Made by a program: the position numbers and the translations under genes. This document shows, piece by piece, positions 48,327 to 60,304 of a stretch of DNA of 64,000 nucleotides; the stretch's first letter is position 1; each line of letters starts with the position of its first letter. The notes beneath the pieces are model-generated. The model searched no databases. It had not been told where the DNA came from and saw only the letters and a list, made by a program, of their open reading frames with translations. This DNA is from a plasmid. The DNA lies in sequence record NZ_CP031419.1, one strand, 5' to 3'.

Positions 48327-49685
48327 CTAGCGCCCCCGACCGCCCATGGAGTTCACTTCCGCGGTATCGGGGGCCCGGATCGGCCACAGTGCTGGTACAC
48401 AGCTTGATTCGTCGCGCTTACGCCGGATCTCCGGAATCTGGGCCCCCACGGGCCCGGATTCACGATCGGTGGTCAGCGTGTCGAACACCTCGACCGCGCA
48501 CCGGTCGGTGTAGGCCGCGACCTGATCAACGACCACCCGGACCCGGGCGGCGTCGGTGTCGGCGCGCAACCACGCCGCGGCGAAGCGGGGTTCGAGCAGG
48601 TCGGGGGCGGCGGTGAGGAGGGCGTCGAAGACGGTGTCGATGACGTGGCGCTGCCACGCCCGGCGGGCCCGCAAAGCGGGTGCACGGAGCACGAAGTGCA
48701 GGTGCACGGCTTTGAGTACCGCGATTTCGGCGCGGACGTGGGCGGGCACGACCAGATCGGCGGTGAACCGGTGGTGCGGGCCGAGTCCGGTGCCGGCTTT
48801 TGTCGCCTCTGTGATCGCGGTGGTGAACCGGGCGGTGAGCGCGTGCTCCAGCGCGGAGATCGCGGCCAGGTCGCCGGGCCCGGGGCGGGTGAGGGCAGCG
48901 ACGGCGGGCAGGCCCAGCAGGTCGTTGGTGTGGGCGTCGATGTCGTCGACGGCCACGGTGGTGAAGTGGCCGTGGGCGAGCTTGGCGAACTCGGCGCGCT
49001 CGGACGCAGACGTGAGCGGGGACAGGGTGATCGCACCGGTGCGCAGCCCGGCGGTCAGGTCGGTGACAGCGTTGGCGATGTCGTCCGCTGTGTCCATGAT
49101 CTGCGCCTCCACGCACAGCCGCCGATCCGGTGCGCCGTGGCGGACCCAGGCCAGGGTGTCGGCGTCGTCGGGGTAAGCGCCGAACTTGCGGGCCGGGCCC
49201 GGGGTCCACGGGTATTTGCAGGTCGCGTCCAGGCTGGCGCGCGTCAGGTTCAACCCGCCACCGGTAGCGGTGCTGGGTTCGAGTCGGGTGAGGATGCGCA
49301 GGGTCTGGGCGTTGGCCTCGAACCCGAGCCCGTGGGCGCGGGCCTTGGTGCGCAACGCCATCTCGCCGTTGTGCCCGAACGGTGGATGTCCGAGATCGTG
49401 TGCCAGGCAACCGGTTTCGACCAGCGTGGGGTCGGCGCCGACGCCGAGGGCGATGCGGCGGCCGAGGGTGGCCACGGTCAGGGAGTGGGTGAGCCGGTTG
49501 TGGGGTACCGGCCCGGCGTCGGGTTCGTCGACCTGGGTGATGTTCGACAGTCGGTGCAGCGCGCCGCTGGCGAGCAGCCGGCCGCGGTCGTGGTCGAACA
49601 CGGTGGCCGGATCGCGGTAGGGGTGGCCGTGTTCGGGGATGCGGCGAGCCCGGTCGTGGTGGCTGTAGCCGGTCGGGGTCGTCAT
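48327..49685 (-). CDS. dgt: dGTP triphosphohydrolase-like HD-domain protein
   Basis: HD motif HSLTVA...AHDLGHPPFGH. Confidence 0.85.
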   Translation of the reverse strand: MTTPTGYSHHDRARRIPEHGHPYRDPATVFDHDRGRLLASGALHRLSNITQVDEPDAGPVPHNRLTHSLTVATLGRRIALGVGADPTLVETGCLAHDLGHPPFGHNGEMALRTKARAHGLGFEANAQTLRILTRLEPSTATGGGLNLTRASLDATCKYPWTPGPARKFGAYPDDADTLAWVRHGAPDRRLCVEAQIMDTADDIANAVTDLTAGLRTGAITLSPLTSASERAEFAKLAHGHFTTVAVDDIDAHTNDLLGLPAVAALTRPGPGDLAAISALEHALTARFTTAITEATKAGTGLGPHHRFTADLVVPAHVRAEIAVLKAVHLHFVLRAPALRARRAWQRHVIDTVFDALLTAAPDLLEPRFAAAWLRADTDAARVRVVVDQVAAYTDRCAVEVFDTLTTDRESGPVGAQIPEIRRKRDESSCVPALWPIRAPDTAEVNSMGGRGR

Positions 49686-49704
49686 CGGCGTGGTCCTCTC
49701 GTCG

Positions 49705-50458
49705 CTATGGGGTGATCGGCTCGTCGACGGTGGTCGACGCGGCGAACAGGGCCTCGATCTGGGCGGGGTGCAGGTAGCGGGTGATCAGTGGATCGGTCCG
49801 GAACCGGGCGGCCGGGACGCCGAGGAACCGGTGCTCGAGGTACATCAACCGCCGAAACACCAGCCGGTAGATGTGTGCGGGGACGCCGTGGCAGGAGACG
49901 GTCAGCAGCTGCCCGGCGTGGTGGTGGCGGCGGAGTTCGAGGGTGCTGATCAGCCGGTTGGTGTCGAGCAGCCGCAACTGCCCGGCGACGTCGACGACGA
50001 GGTTGTCCATCGGCGGATCGATGAAGTCCGGGATCAGCGACGCTTCGGCATCGAGGGCGGGCACCGGCGCGGTGTCGGCCAGCAGCCCGCGCACCACGCC
50101 GGTGAACACGGCGAGCTGGTCGAGGGTTTGCCGCGGGAGCCGGTGGCGCGCGGCGATGCGCAGCGACCAGGCGGGCGCCACCGGCACGAAGTCCTTGACC
50201 ACCACCGCCTCGCACAACCGCGCGGACGGGGCGGGCAGCAGCAGGCGCTCGTTCGGGATCAGGCCGGGCAGGACCGGATCGAAGATCGCCCGCAGGTATC
50301 GGTACTCGCGGCGCACCTTGGCCACGGTGAGTTCGGGGGCGTCGGGCCGGAACACCTGCATCACCACCGGGCTGCCGGGCCGGTGGTAGACCGTGGAATG
50401 GTTGCCCTGCCCGATCGCCCGATGCCGCCGGGCCGTCCCGATCACCGCGGTCATGCCC
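49705..50458 (-). CDS. kinase-like protein (P-loop-like GQGNHSTVY)
   Basis: Real part of track ORF 49705..50994. Start MTAVIGTARRH. 8-nt overlap with the upstream GT gene. Confidence 0.55.
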
Positions 50459-51784
50459 GCACCGCCTCGTGGGAGCCGATGACCTGGGCGTAGCCGGTGG
50501 CCATCTGCTCCACCCCGAACCGGGTGGCACTGGCCCGCCCGTTGCGCGCCAGGCGCCGGTGCAGTGCGGTGTCGGTGAGCACGCGTGCCAGGGCGTCGGC
50601 GAGCGCGCCGGGATCGCTCGGTGGCACCAGCAGCCCGGAGCGGCCGTGGTCGATGTAGTCGCGTGGTCCGCCGTGGTCGGTGGTGATCACCGGGGTGCCG
50701 GCGAGCATCGCTTCGATGTTGGCGTAGCCGAACGCTTCCGGGCAGCGCGACGGCAGTACCGCGACCGTCGCGGCCCGGTAGCAGGCCGCGACCTCGACCG
50801 GGGAGAGCTCGTCGAGCAGGAACACCCGCCCGGCCAGGTCGCTGGCGTTGATCAGATCGGTCAGCTCCCGGGTGTAGTCCAGGGCGCGGGTGTCGTGCAT
50901 GTCGTGGCCGTTGAACACCGCGAACGCCTCCCCGGCGACACCGCGGGCGGACAGGATGCGCAGGGCGGCGATCAGATCGGCGTGGCCCTTCCACGCCACC
51001 CGCCGCGCCGAGAGCAACACCATCGGCCCGTCCGGAAGCTGGTTGCGGCGCGCGAGGGCGGCGAAGGCGTTCTCGGCGGCGGCCGCGCGCATCCGGGACT
51101 CGAACTCGGCGATGTCCATGCCGTTGGGCACCGTGTGGACCCGCTCGCCGGTGATTCCGGCCTTGGCCAGGTGTTCGGCCACCGCGGTCGACACCGCGAC
51201 GATCCGCACCGAGTGCTCGGTGACCTCGAGACGGCGGCGCAGGTAGTCGAACCGCCGCTCGGCGCCGGCGAGATCGTGCACCACCCCGGTCACGTTCAGG
51301 CGGCCGACGCCGGCCGCGGCCAGCCGACCGGACTGTTCGGCTTTGAGCACCGACACGATCGGATTGATGTTCTGCGCCAGCAGATCCGGTGTATCGGCGG
51401 TGGCGATGACGTAGGCGTACTGCCGCGCCAAACCCGCATACACCGGATTTGCCGGGTCGTCGATGGCGTCCTCGTAGAAGTGGCGCACCCGCGCGGGGTC
51501 CTTGCCGCCGTCCGCACCGCCGAGGTACTGGCCGAACCCGCTCCGAATCCCTTGGGCCAGCACCACGGTGCCGTCCGGGGTGCGCAACTGGTAGGCGCCG
51601 GGGCGGGTGGCGCCGGTCTGGGTGATCGCCCAGCGCGTCCCAGGATGCCGGGCGGCCAGCGCGGCGAGCAGATGGTGGGTGTGGGCGACCAGACCGGTGT
51701 GGCGACAGGGTTTTCGCTGTCCCGTGGCCACGACGGTGCCGTGCATGTCGTAGGTGAGGATGTGCATCGCCGACGGGAATTCCA
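50451..51784 (-). CDS. glycosyltransferase family 4
   Basis: EAFGYANIEAMLAGTPVITTDHGG (GT4 EX7E region). Start MEFPSAM with a GGAGGACGGT RBS. Confidence 0.8.
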
Positions 51785-51990
51785 TACCGTCCTCCACGTT
51801 CCGAGACGACCGGATCAACAACCCCAGCAACCGGTTTCGGTGAACCAGGTCACATCAGGACACCGCGCGTATGGCCGGTCGCGGCAGTGGTGCGCTTGGT
51901 GCGTTTCGGTGCGTTTCGGTGCCGAGAGCGCACCGCGGTCGGTACCCTCGCCGCATCGACGCCGACGATCCGGTCCAGGGGGCGAGGTGG

Positions 51991-53361
51991 GTGAACGCAC
52001 AGCTGGCCACGTTGTTGTCCGACCTGGGATGGCGGCCGGAAACCTTCGCCCGCAAGCTGAGCGAGCACGCCCAGCTGCACGGACGCCGCGAGCATGTCCA
52101 CCCGAAAACCCCCTACAAATGGCTCGCCGGTGCCCGCCCGCGCTCACCCTGGCCGGACCTGGCAGCAGCGCTGCTCACCGCCGAACTCGCCCGGCCGATC
52201 ACCCCCGCAGACCTCGGGTGGAACGCCGCCCCCACCGCTCCGCTACTCCCGGCCGACTCCGGGCTGGACGGGCCATGGACAGCGGAAGGGGCCTTGCGCG
52301 CCATAGCGGCGGTCACAGAGGCTGATCCCATGCAGCGAAGGCTCTTCCTCACCCTGATGGGCACCGCGATCACCGCGCCAGCGCACCAGTGGCTACTCGC
52401 CGCCGAAGGCAGCGACCTCACCCACACCGCCGGCACGCGCATCGGGATCGGCACGGTCGAGGAGATCGACACCATGACCGCCAGCCTGCGCCGCATGGAC
52501 GACCAGCTCGGCGGCGGCACCCTGCTAAAAATGGTCCGCGCCCACCTGCGCCACGTCCTGAACCTGCTGCGCCACGGCAGCTACGACGACACCACCGGAC
52601 GCCGCCTGCACGCCTCGGCCGCCGAACTCCTGCGCCTGGCCGGATGGCTGTGCTTCGACACCAGCCAGCACGCCCGCGCCCAGCGCTACTGGGTCGCCGC
52701 GCTGCGCACCGCCCACACCGCCGGCGACCGCGCCCTCGCCGCCAACGTCCTCGGATTCATGAGCTGCCAGGCCAAGGACATCGGCCAACCCCGCGAGGCC
52801 GCGATGCTGGCCGACACCGCGATCTCGGGCTATCCCGGTGCCAGCGCACGAGTTTCAGCGATCCTGCAACTGCGCGCCGCCGAAGCCCACGCCGTCGACG
52901 GATCGCCGACCAACACCCGCCGCGCCATCGACGCCGCCTTCACCCACCTCGATACCCCTACCGACGGAGCGCCGGACTGGAGCTACTGGCTCGACGAAAC
53001 CCACGCCCACGGCCAAGCCGGATACTGCTACCTGCGCCTCGGAGAACACAGCGCAGCCCGGCATCACCTTCGGGCCGCGCTACGCAACAGCAGCGGCAAC
53101 GACTCCCGCGAAGGCGCTCTTCGCTACGCGCTGCTGGCCACCACCTACGCCCGCCAGCCCGAACCCGACATCGACCACGCCCTGCACCACGCCGAACACG
53201 CCGTGGACCTGCTCACCGCCCAGGTCACCTCGACCCGGGTGACCGGCCACCTCACCACGCTGCTCAGCGACCTCACCCCTTACCGCCACCGACCCGGCGT
53301 CCGCCAACTATCCGACCGCGTCCGCGCACTCCAGGCAGCCACCAGCAGCAGAAGCGCCTGA
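51991..53361 (+). CDS. XRE-family transcriptional regulator with TPR-like C-terminal domain
   Basis: GTG start with a GAGGTGG RBS. N-terminal HTH (AQLATLLSDLGWRPETFARKLSEH). Confidence 0.7.
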   Translation: MNAQLATLLSDLGWRPETFARKLSEHAQLHGRREHVHPKTPYKWLAGARPRSPWPDLAAALLTAELARPITPADLGWNAAPTAPLLPADSGLDGPWTAEGALRAIAAVTEADPMQRRLFLTLMGTAITAPAHQWLLAAEGSDLTHTAGTRIGIGTVEEIDTMTASLRRMDDQLGGGTLLKMVRAHLRHVLNLLRHGSYDDTTGRRLHASAAELLRLAGWLCFDTSQHARAQRYWVAALRTAHTAGDRALAANVLGFMSCQAKDIGQPREAAMLADTAISGYPGASARVSAILQLRAAEAHAVDGSPTNTRRAIDAAFTHLDTPTDGAPDWSYWLDETHAHGQAGYCYLRLGEHSAARHHLRAALRNSSGNDSREGALRYALLATTYARQPEPDIDHALHHAEHAVDLLTAQVTSTRVTGHLTTLLSDLTPYRHRPGVRQLSDRVRALQAATSSRSA

Positions 53362-53396
53362 CACATTCGCGCGGGGGTGGGGAATCCCGGGCAGGT

Positions 53397-53735
53397 TCAG
53401 AGGTCGTGGACGTCGTCGACGCGCGCCTCGGGGTCCACGTATACCAGGATTCCCAGGGCAGCACCCACGCGCAGGGCGAGGCTCCGAGCCTTGGCTTCAG
53501 GCAGGTCGGCGAAGCCTCGGCAGATCGCCGACAACGGCTGATCGAGAGTCGAGTGGCAGGTGATATGTCCCTCGTCGTGGAGCGCATCCCGCACCATCTG
53601 CGACCGGCGGCCCGGCCGCAGCCTCATGAGGTTTCCGGGGCGGAAGATGCAGGTACTGCACTTGTCCTCACAGACGCGAACCTCGTTGTGCGAGTACACA
53701 ATAGCGGTTCGCGCATCGTCCTCCGCGGTGTCCAA
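53397..53735 (-). CDS. Cys-rich hypothetical protein
   Basis: 112 aa with Cys-rich CEDKCSTC...CHST motifs. Confidence 0.4.
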   Translation of the reverse strand: MDTAEDDARTAIVYSHNEVRVCEDKCSTCIFRPGNLMRLRPGRRSQMVRDALHDEGHITCHSTLDQPLSAICRGFADLPEAKARSLALRVGAALGILVYVDPEARVDDVHDL

Positions 53736-53839
53736 ATGCCCGCATACCTCCTGTTGCGATGGCCGGTCCGGTTCCGGGAGGCCACGATGGCAATCCAGCG
53801 TGCCAGCTTCCTGGTGCGACCGGTACCGGGAGGCCGGGA

Positions 53840-54907
53840 TCAGTCGTCACAAATGCTGCCTGGTGTTCGGCCGCGTGTCGCCCGGAGACGGGAGTCGTCG
53901 TGGCGGAAGTCGGAGGGGCTGCCGGAGTTGCTGTCGGGTTCGGGGGTGTCGTAGGCGGCGGCTGCGTCGGCGTGGTGTTGTCGTAGCGCAGCGCGGAGTT
54001 CGGGGGGTTGTTCGATGATCACGTCGCTGCCGAAGCTGGCGACGAGTGGGATGAGCCATTTCCAGCGGTCGACGTAGAGGACGATGCGGGTGGTGCCGTC
54101 GGGGTCGTGGTGGACTTCGGAGTCGGGTTTGAGTCCCAGGCGCAGCATTTCCTCGCGGCTGCCGGGGCGCACGCGGATGACGACTCGGGTGGGTCCGCGG
54201 CCGAAGTCTTCGAGTGCTTGGCGCCACCAGTCCTTGAGGTTGAAGGTGGTTTCGGGGTAGACGAACTTCAGGTCGGTGGCGGTGAGCCGGTCGATGTTGT
54301 TGAGCTGGTAGCGCTGGGGTTCTGAGTGTGGTGGTGCGGCGACGAGCCACCATTCCCCACCTTTCCAGACCATGCCGTAGGGCTTGACGATGAGGTGCTG
54401 GTGGTCGTCGCTGTGGTGGACGCGGACGGTGATCTGGATGGCGGTCCCGGTGAGCAGGGCCTCGCGGAGTGTGGCGAGGTGACCGGAGCTTTCGTCGCGC
54501 CAGTACCAGTCGGTGGTGTCGAAGTAGATGCGGTGGGCGAGACGGTGCAGGAACCGGGCGCGTGAGGCGCTGACGTTGTTCCTGCCGGAGTTTGCTTCGC
54601 CGCCTGTGGGTTCGGGGTGGGCGTGTCCTTGTTCGAGGAGGCCGAGGACGTAGAGGCGCAGGGCGTCGTCGCCGTCGACAAGCAGGGAGTCCAGCGGTTG
54701 ATCGGTGGTGAGCCGGAATCCGCCGCCGCGGCCGGCCACGGACTCGATCGGGATGCCGAACGCGATCAGTTCCTCGATGTCGCGGTAGATGGTGCGCGCA
54801 TTGACGCCGAACCGGGCGGCCAGCGAGGTCGCGGAAACCCATGTGCGGGACCGCAACTGGTGAACGATGGCGGTGTGGCGGGCGTGGCGTGGGTTGGTCG
54901 GCGGCAT
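53840..54907 (-). CDS. YafY/WYL-domain transcriptional regulator
   Basis: N-terminal HTH (VSATSLAARFGVNARTIYRDIEEL), then WYL and C-terminal WCX-like regions. Confidence 0.8.
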   Translation of the reverse strand: MPPTNPRHARHTAIVHQLRSRTWVSATSLAARFGVNARTIYRDIEELIAFGIPIESVAGRGGGFRLTTDQPLDSLLVDGDDALRLYVLGLLEQGHAHPEPTGGEANSGRNNVSASRARFLHRLAHRIYFDTTDWYWRDESSGHLATLREALLTGTAIQITVRVHHSDDHQHLIVKPYGMVWKGGEWWLVAAPPHSEPQRYQLNNIDRLTATDLKFVYPETTFNLKDWWRQALEDFGRGPTRVVIRVRPGSREEMLRLGLKPDSEVHHDPDGTTRIVLYVDRWKWLIPLVASFGSDVIIEQPPELRAALRQHHADAAAAYDTPEPDSNSGSPSDFRHDDSRLRATRGRTPGSICDD

Positions 54908-54933
54908 GCGCGCGAGTCTGCTCGGCGGTGTGG

Positions 54934-56031
54934 TCAGCTCGCTGCGGCGGCCTGCCGGTAGACCTCGATCAGACGGCGGCCGACCGATTCCGCGGTGTAG
55001 TTGCTCAGGTGCGCGGTGACCGCGTCGTGGTCAGCGGGTTCTGCGTCGCAGACGGCGATGATGTTCTTGGCCAGGATCTCCTCGTCGTGCGGGTCGGTGT
55101 AGCGGGCGGCCAGGCCGCCGGTGACTTCGCGGAGGACGGGCAGGTCCGAGCACAGCAGCGGTGTTCCGGCGACGAGGGCTTCCTGGGCGGGGATGCCGAA
55201 GCCCTCGAACAGGGTGGGGAACACGAACGCGGTCGCGGCCCGGTACAGGGCGGCGAGCTCGGCGTCGCCGATGTGGCCGAGGATCGTGATCTCGGGGTCG
55301 CGCATCGGCAGGCCCCGTTCCCAGCCGCGGCGCCCGGCCAGCAGCAGCCGGGCCGGTACCTGGTCGGGGGCGGCTGCTCGGGCGAGCCGGAAGGCGCGGA
55401 CGAGGCGGGGGATGTTCTTCGACGGCATGTACACGCCGACGCCGAACAGGAAGGGCTCGGACGGGGCCAGGGCCGGGTCGGCGGTGCGCAGTTGGTGCGC
55501 GAAGTCGGTGGCCACGTAGTTCGGTACGACCTCAAGGGGTTTGCCGAGATCGCCGAGGGCGCCGACGATATCGGCGCGGGCCGCGTGGGAGACGGTGATG
55601 ACCGCGCGCAGGTCCTCACCGGCCAGCAGGGTGTGCAGGCGCGGGTTCTGTACGTCGCGGACTGCGCGGACCATCTGGTCGGGGAACAGGTAGCGGCCGG
55701 CGTCGTGCAGGGTGAACACCGCGGGCCGCGGCAGGGCGGCGGGCAGCGCGAACGGGTAGTGCACGAGGTCGGCGTCGAAGTGCTCGATCTGGCGGTGCAG
55801 GTGGTGTTCGCGCCGGTCCGGCACGGTGAGAACGCGGATACCCGCGCGCTGGGCACGCGGGTATCGGTCGGCATGCTCGGCGGTGAGCACGACGGCGATC
55901 TCGACCTTCTCACCGGTCGCGGCGAGGGCGTCGGTGAGCAGGTGGATGTAGCGTTCGACACCGGTCTGGATGGTGGCGCGCCAGTAGCGGGCGTCGATCG
56001 CCACGCGCAGTGCTCGGTCAGACACGGGCAC
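54934..56031 (-). CDS. glycosyltransferase family 4
   Basis: FEGFGIPAQEALVAGTPLLCSD motif. Confidence 0.8.
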   Translation of the reverse strand: MPVSDRALRVAIDARYWRATIQTGVERYIHLLTDALAATGEKVEIAVVLTAEHADRYPRAQRAGIRVLTVPDRREHHLHRQIEHFDADLVHYPFALPAALPRPAVFTLHDAGRYLFPDQMVRAVRDVQNPRLHTLLAGEDLRAVITVSHAARADIVGALGDLGKPLEVVPNYVATDFAHQLRTADPALAPSEPFLFGVGVYMPSKNIPRLVRAFRLARAAAPDQVPARLLLAGRRGWERGLPMRDPEITILGHIGDAELAALYRAATAFVFPTLFEGFGIPAQEALVAGTPLLCSDLPVLREVTGGLAARYTDPHDEEILAKNIIAVCDAEPADHDAVTAHLSNYTAESVGRRLIEVYRQAAAAS

Positions 56032-56970
56032 CGGATTTCACGCCGACCTGCGTGCCCAGCTGCGCTACCCAGGTCTCGGTGTCGGTGGTGAGGAAGTCGA
56101 GCACGGTGTCGCCGAGGTCGCCCCAGCGGTCGGCGATGAACGCGGTGACCGTCTCGGGGGTCGGGTTCGGGTCGTCGAGGTAGAGGCGGCCGATCACGTC
56201 GACGACGTAGGTGTCGACGTGGGCGTGCCCGCCGGTGCCGTAGGACAGGTTCACCGCGAGGTTCGCGGTGTAGGGCCCGACGCCTTTGATCTGGAGCAGG
56301 TCGGTGATGACCTCGGCGGTGGGGCGGTGGCGCCATTCGTGCCAGCTGTAGCCCGCCTCGGCCAGCGTCGCGGCGGCGGCCGCGAGTCCTTTGGCGCGGA
56401 ACCCGACCTTGCAGGCCCGCAGCTGCTCGTCGCTGGCCTGTGCCAGCTGCGCGGGGGTGGGGAAGGCGTAGATCGTGGCGTCGTCGACGGTGGTGTCGGT
56501 GGGCACGCCGAAGGCTTGGGCGAGGTTGCGCATCATCGCGTAGATGCGGGCGAAGTTGGTGCGCTGAGCGCAGATCACCCCGCACAGCGCTTCGAAGATG
56601 TCGGGGTAGAGCTTGCCGCGTCCCAGCCCGCGGTGCGCGACGGCGGCCGCGAGCACCGGGTCGTCGGCGGTGAGGGCGTGCACCTGGTCGTAGGGGTAGT
56701 CCAGTTGCAGGCAGCGGGTCAACGTTTCGGTGACCGCCGCGACGGTGGCGGTGTCGAGGTCGGGGCCGGTCAGGGTGGCGCTCAAGGTGGTCGGCGCGGT
56801 CTGACGAATCCGGGCGGTGGTGATCGTGGCATCGCCCGGCCCGGTGCGCACGGGCCGCACCAGGTCCTCGCCGTCGCGCACCCACGGGTAGATCAGGTAG
56901 GTCTCCAGCGCGTGGGTGAAGTCGACGTGGCCGTTGACCGGCAGCTCGATCACGGTGGTCTGGTCGGTCA
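56018..56970 (-). CDS. AlkA-like HhH-GPD DNA glycosylase
   Basis: HhH LQIKGVGPYTANLAV, catalytic Asp region HVDTYVVDVIGR and an AlkA N-terminal domain. Start MTDQTTV. The gene is embedded in the operon by overlaps. Confidence 0.65.
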
Positions 56971-57905
56971 TGCGATCACCAGGTCCTCGAGGTAGCGCAG
57001 CGTCGGGGTGCCGGTCAGGTCGACTTCGACGTCGAGGCCGAGCGGCAGCGGGAACTTGGTGGAGGTGTGCCCGAATTCGGCGCCGGTGACGATCGGGAAG
57101 TTCCCGCCGGCGCAGCGCAGGATCAGCTCGTCGTAGGTCTCGTCGGGGGCGTCGTCGCGGGGGCTGTCGACCGGTGCGGCCACGACCAGACCGGCGATGT
57201 GGTCGAGCACTCCGGCCAGCCGCAGGTGGGTCAGCGCGGCATCGACCTGCACCCACGGCACGAACACCTCCTCGAGGATCAGCACCGCCCCGCGGGTGTC
57301 GGGCATCCACGGGGTGCCGACGAGGGCGCGGATGGTGCCCAGGTGGCCACCGACGACCGGGCCGGAGAACACCCGCCCGGCCCCGCGCGGCACCCGCCAG
57401 TCGCTGCCGGAGACTGTCTGTCCCTTCACCCGGCCGGACACGATGGACCAGAACCGGTCAGCGGTCGCCGAGTTCACCGGTTCCCGGGTGAAGTCGTAGC
57501 CCGTGGGCCCGTGCACGGTGGCCAGCCCGGTCCGCGCAGTGATCGCATTGGCCACGATCACCGGGTCCGACAAGGCGGTGAACACCGTCGGGTTCTCGGC
57601 GATCACCGCGTAGTCGAGCAGGTCGAGCAGCTGCGCGGCGCCTTTGCCGCCGGTCGCCGGGACGATCAGGCCGATGCCGGGGTCGGCGAAGGCGGCCATG
57701 AGGTCGGCGGCCCGGTCGGCGGGCGGCCCGGCGAGGTAGCCCGTCGCGGCCCGCGCGTGCGCGCCGACGGTGACCGGGTGCCCACGATCAGCGAAATACG
57801 CTGTGAGCCGGTCGAGTTCGTCGCCGGGGACCGGTGAGGAGGTGGAGACGATCGCGACGCCGGTGCCGGGGGTGACGGCGGGAGGCCGGATTACGGGGCG
57901 GGTCA
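56968..57905 (-). CDS. LD-carboxypeptidase (S66, MccF/LdcA-like)
   Basis: Real C-terminal 312 aa of track ORF 56968..59931 (start MTRPVIRPP). ATGA overlaps on both sides. Confidence 0.7.
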
Positions 57906-60304
57906 TGGTTGTGGTGCTCCTGCTCGTGTCGTCGGGTCGATGTCGCGCACCACGCGCACGCCGACCAGATGCCCGCACTTCTCGGCGGCTTCCAGCGGGC
58001 GCACGGTCGTGCGCAGGAAGTACGTGTTGGAGGCCACGTCCCCACCCCGGTAGACCGGGTGGCCGCGGTAGGAATCCGAACACCACTGCCAGACATGGCC
58101 GGTCAGGTCGGCGAGACCGAACGGTGATGGCCCGTCGTCTCCGTCGTCGATGGTAGACACGGCCGCACCGCGCTCCAAGCACCGTGGCGGACCGGGCAAC
58201 GCTGCGCCCCAAGGGAACCAGCGCCCGTCGCTGCCGCGCGCGGCGTACTCCCATTCGGCCTCGGTCGGCAGCCGGCCACCAGCCCAGCCCGCGTACCGGT
58301 CGGCCCAGTCGAACGGCACGATCACCGGCTCGGCGGGCCGCTCGGCCCGCACCGGGGTCTCGGCGAGGGTGAACCCGCCACCGGCCGCGTGGGCCGCGGC
58401 GGCCGCGTCGTCGGGGGCCAGTGCGGTCAGGAACCGGGCGAACTGGGCGCGGGTGGCCGGGGTGACGCTGAACCACACGCCGGCGATGTCCACCGGCGCC
58501 TGCCCGCGTTCCCCGATGGGCTCGATGCCGAACACCGCCCGCACCACGTCGGCTTCGTCGTCGGTGAGGCCGGGCGCGAACCGGGCGGCGGGCAACCGGA
58601 TCTCGCGCGCACCGTCGACCGCGCGCCGCCGTGTCGGCAGACCGGTCGCCGGTTCGGCGGCCGGGCGGGTGGTGAGGTAGTTGGTGAGCACGGTGAGCAT
58701 GTCGGCGGGGGCGATGCCGTCGCGGGTCGCGGTCGGGCCGGTGAACCAGGCCCCGCCGTCGCCGATCCCGTCGGGCCCGTGCTCGGCGGCCCACCCGATA
58801 TCGGCGAACCAGGCGGCGTAGGCGTCGTTGCGGCCGTTGGGCCGGAACACCGCGGTCAACGTGGGGATGTCGCGGCGGTGGGCGTCGCGGCGGATGAGAT
58901 CGAGCATCCGCTGGTGCGTGCCCGCCCACAGCAGGCGGCAGCTGGCCAGCAGCGAGTCCAGCCGCGCCGTGCCGTCGCGGTAGTCGACCTCGGCGACGCC
59001 GACGATTTCCGGCGCCAGGGCCGTGCCGTGGTAGCGGACCTCGAACGCCAGCACCGCCCAGTCCGGGTCGGCGGCCAGCTTGGCCAGTTCGTCGGCGCTG
59101 CGCCGGGGGGAGGTCATGTTGAACTGGTTGCTGCGCTGGTGCAGCTGCGCGCACCGGTCGAGCACCGCCGGGTCGGTGGGATCGGTCAGGCACACCACTT
59201 CCGGGATCAGCTCGCCGGTGGCCTTGGCCCGATAGAACGCGGTGCGGGCGGTGTCGGAGGCGGTGACCGGCGCCGCACCGGGAGGCGGAAGCTGGGCCAG
59301 CAGGTCCGCGACGAGCAGCGGCGGCCCGGCCACCGACGGCACCCGCAGGTCCGGCCACACCGTGCGGGCCCGTTCCTGCTGCGCCGGGTCGTCGTCGACG
59401 AACACCACACTGTCGGGGGCGATGCCGTCGAAGAAGCCGAGGATGTCGGTGATCCGGTCGGCCTTGTCGATATCCGGCTGCGCCCACAGCCCGGCCAGCC
59501 CGATATCGGCGGCGTGGGCCTGCACCGCGGCCGCGGCGGCGTCGCGGTCGTTGCGCGACAGGCCCGCCACCAGCGTGCCGTGGGAGCGGCGATCGGCCAG
59601 CACCGACCGCCACACCCGGTGCGGTGCCGCAGCCAGCATGTCGGTGCCGTCGAGACCGGTCGTGCCGTCCTCGGCGACGGTGCCGGGCCACAGGACTCCG
59701 TCGAGGTCGCTGATCACCGCTTTCGGCCCCGGCTGGGTCTGTGCGGCGATCAGCTGCCAGTGCAACCAGGCCGTATCCACCAGCCCCGCCCACAGCGCGG
59801 CCGCGCGGATGTGTCGCCCCATCGCCCGCAGCGCCGCCGACGTCGCCGGGTAGTCCGCGCCGGCGGACAGCACATCCAGGGACGCGACCCGGTGCAGCGC
59901 GGCCACCGTCACCCCGTGGCGGGCAGCCCACTGCGACAGGGCGCGGTTGGCGTCCTCGATCACCGCATCGATCCGGCCGTCACCGGTGAAGGGCACGGTC
60001 TGCACGATCACGGCGGGTTCGGCGGCCGCGACCTGTTCGACGGCGTCGACCAGGCCGGTGGCCGCGCCCGCGTCGCCGGTGAAGATCGCGGCGGCTTCCG
60101 GCAGGGCAGCGGTGACCAGCACGGTCGCGGTGATCTCGTCGCGGTCGGGGGCCAGGCGGGCGGTGAGCCGTCCCAGCAGCTCGCCCAGCGCGGGCAACGC
60201 CACCGGCTCGGGCAGCAGACGCAGGCACAGCCCGGCCCCGGGGTCGCCGAACCCGGACTCGAGGCTGGTGAGCCAGTGCAGGTAGTTGGTCTTGGTCATG
60301 GGAG
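57903..60304 (-). CDS. multidomain protein: N-terminal region, FkbH-like HAD domain, C-terminal FGE-sulfatase (SUMF1-like) domain
   Basis: HAD motif ISDLDGVLWPG. FGE-like GHVWQWCSDSY...YRGG. Start MTKTNYLHW. Confidence 0.7.

Noticed and set aside
55005-56885. 626-codon minus-strand ORF overlapping the GT4 and AlkA-like genes
   Set aside because: Heavy R/P/A/T bias, in an alternative frame of two well-supported genes.
56968-59931. 987-codon minus-strand ORF
   Set aside because: R/G/P-rich N-terminal 670 codons overlapping the FkbH/FGE gene in another frame. Only the C-terminal LdcA-like 312 aa (56968-57905) is credible.
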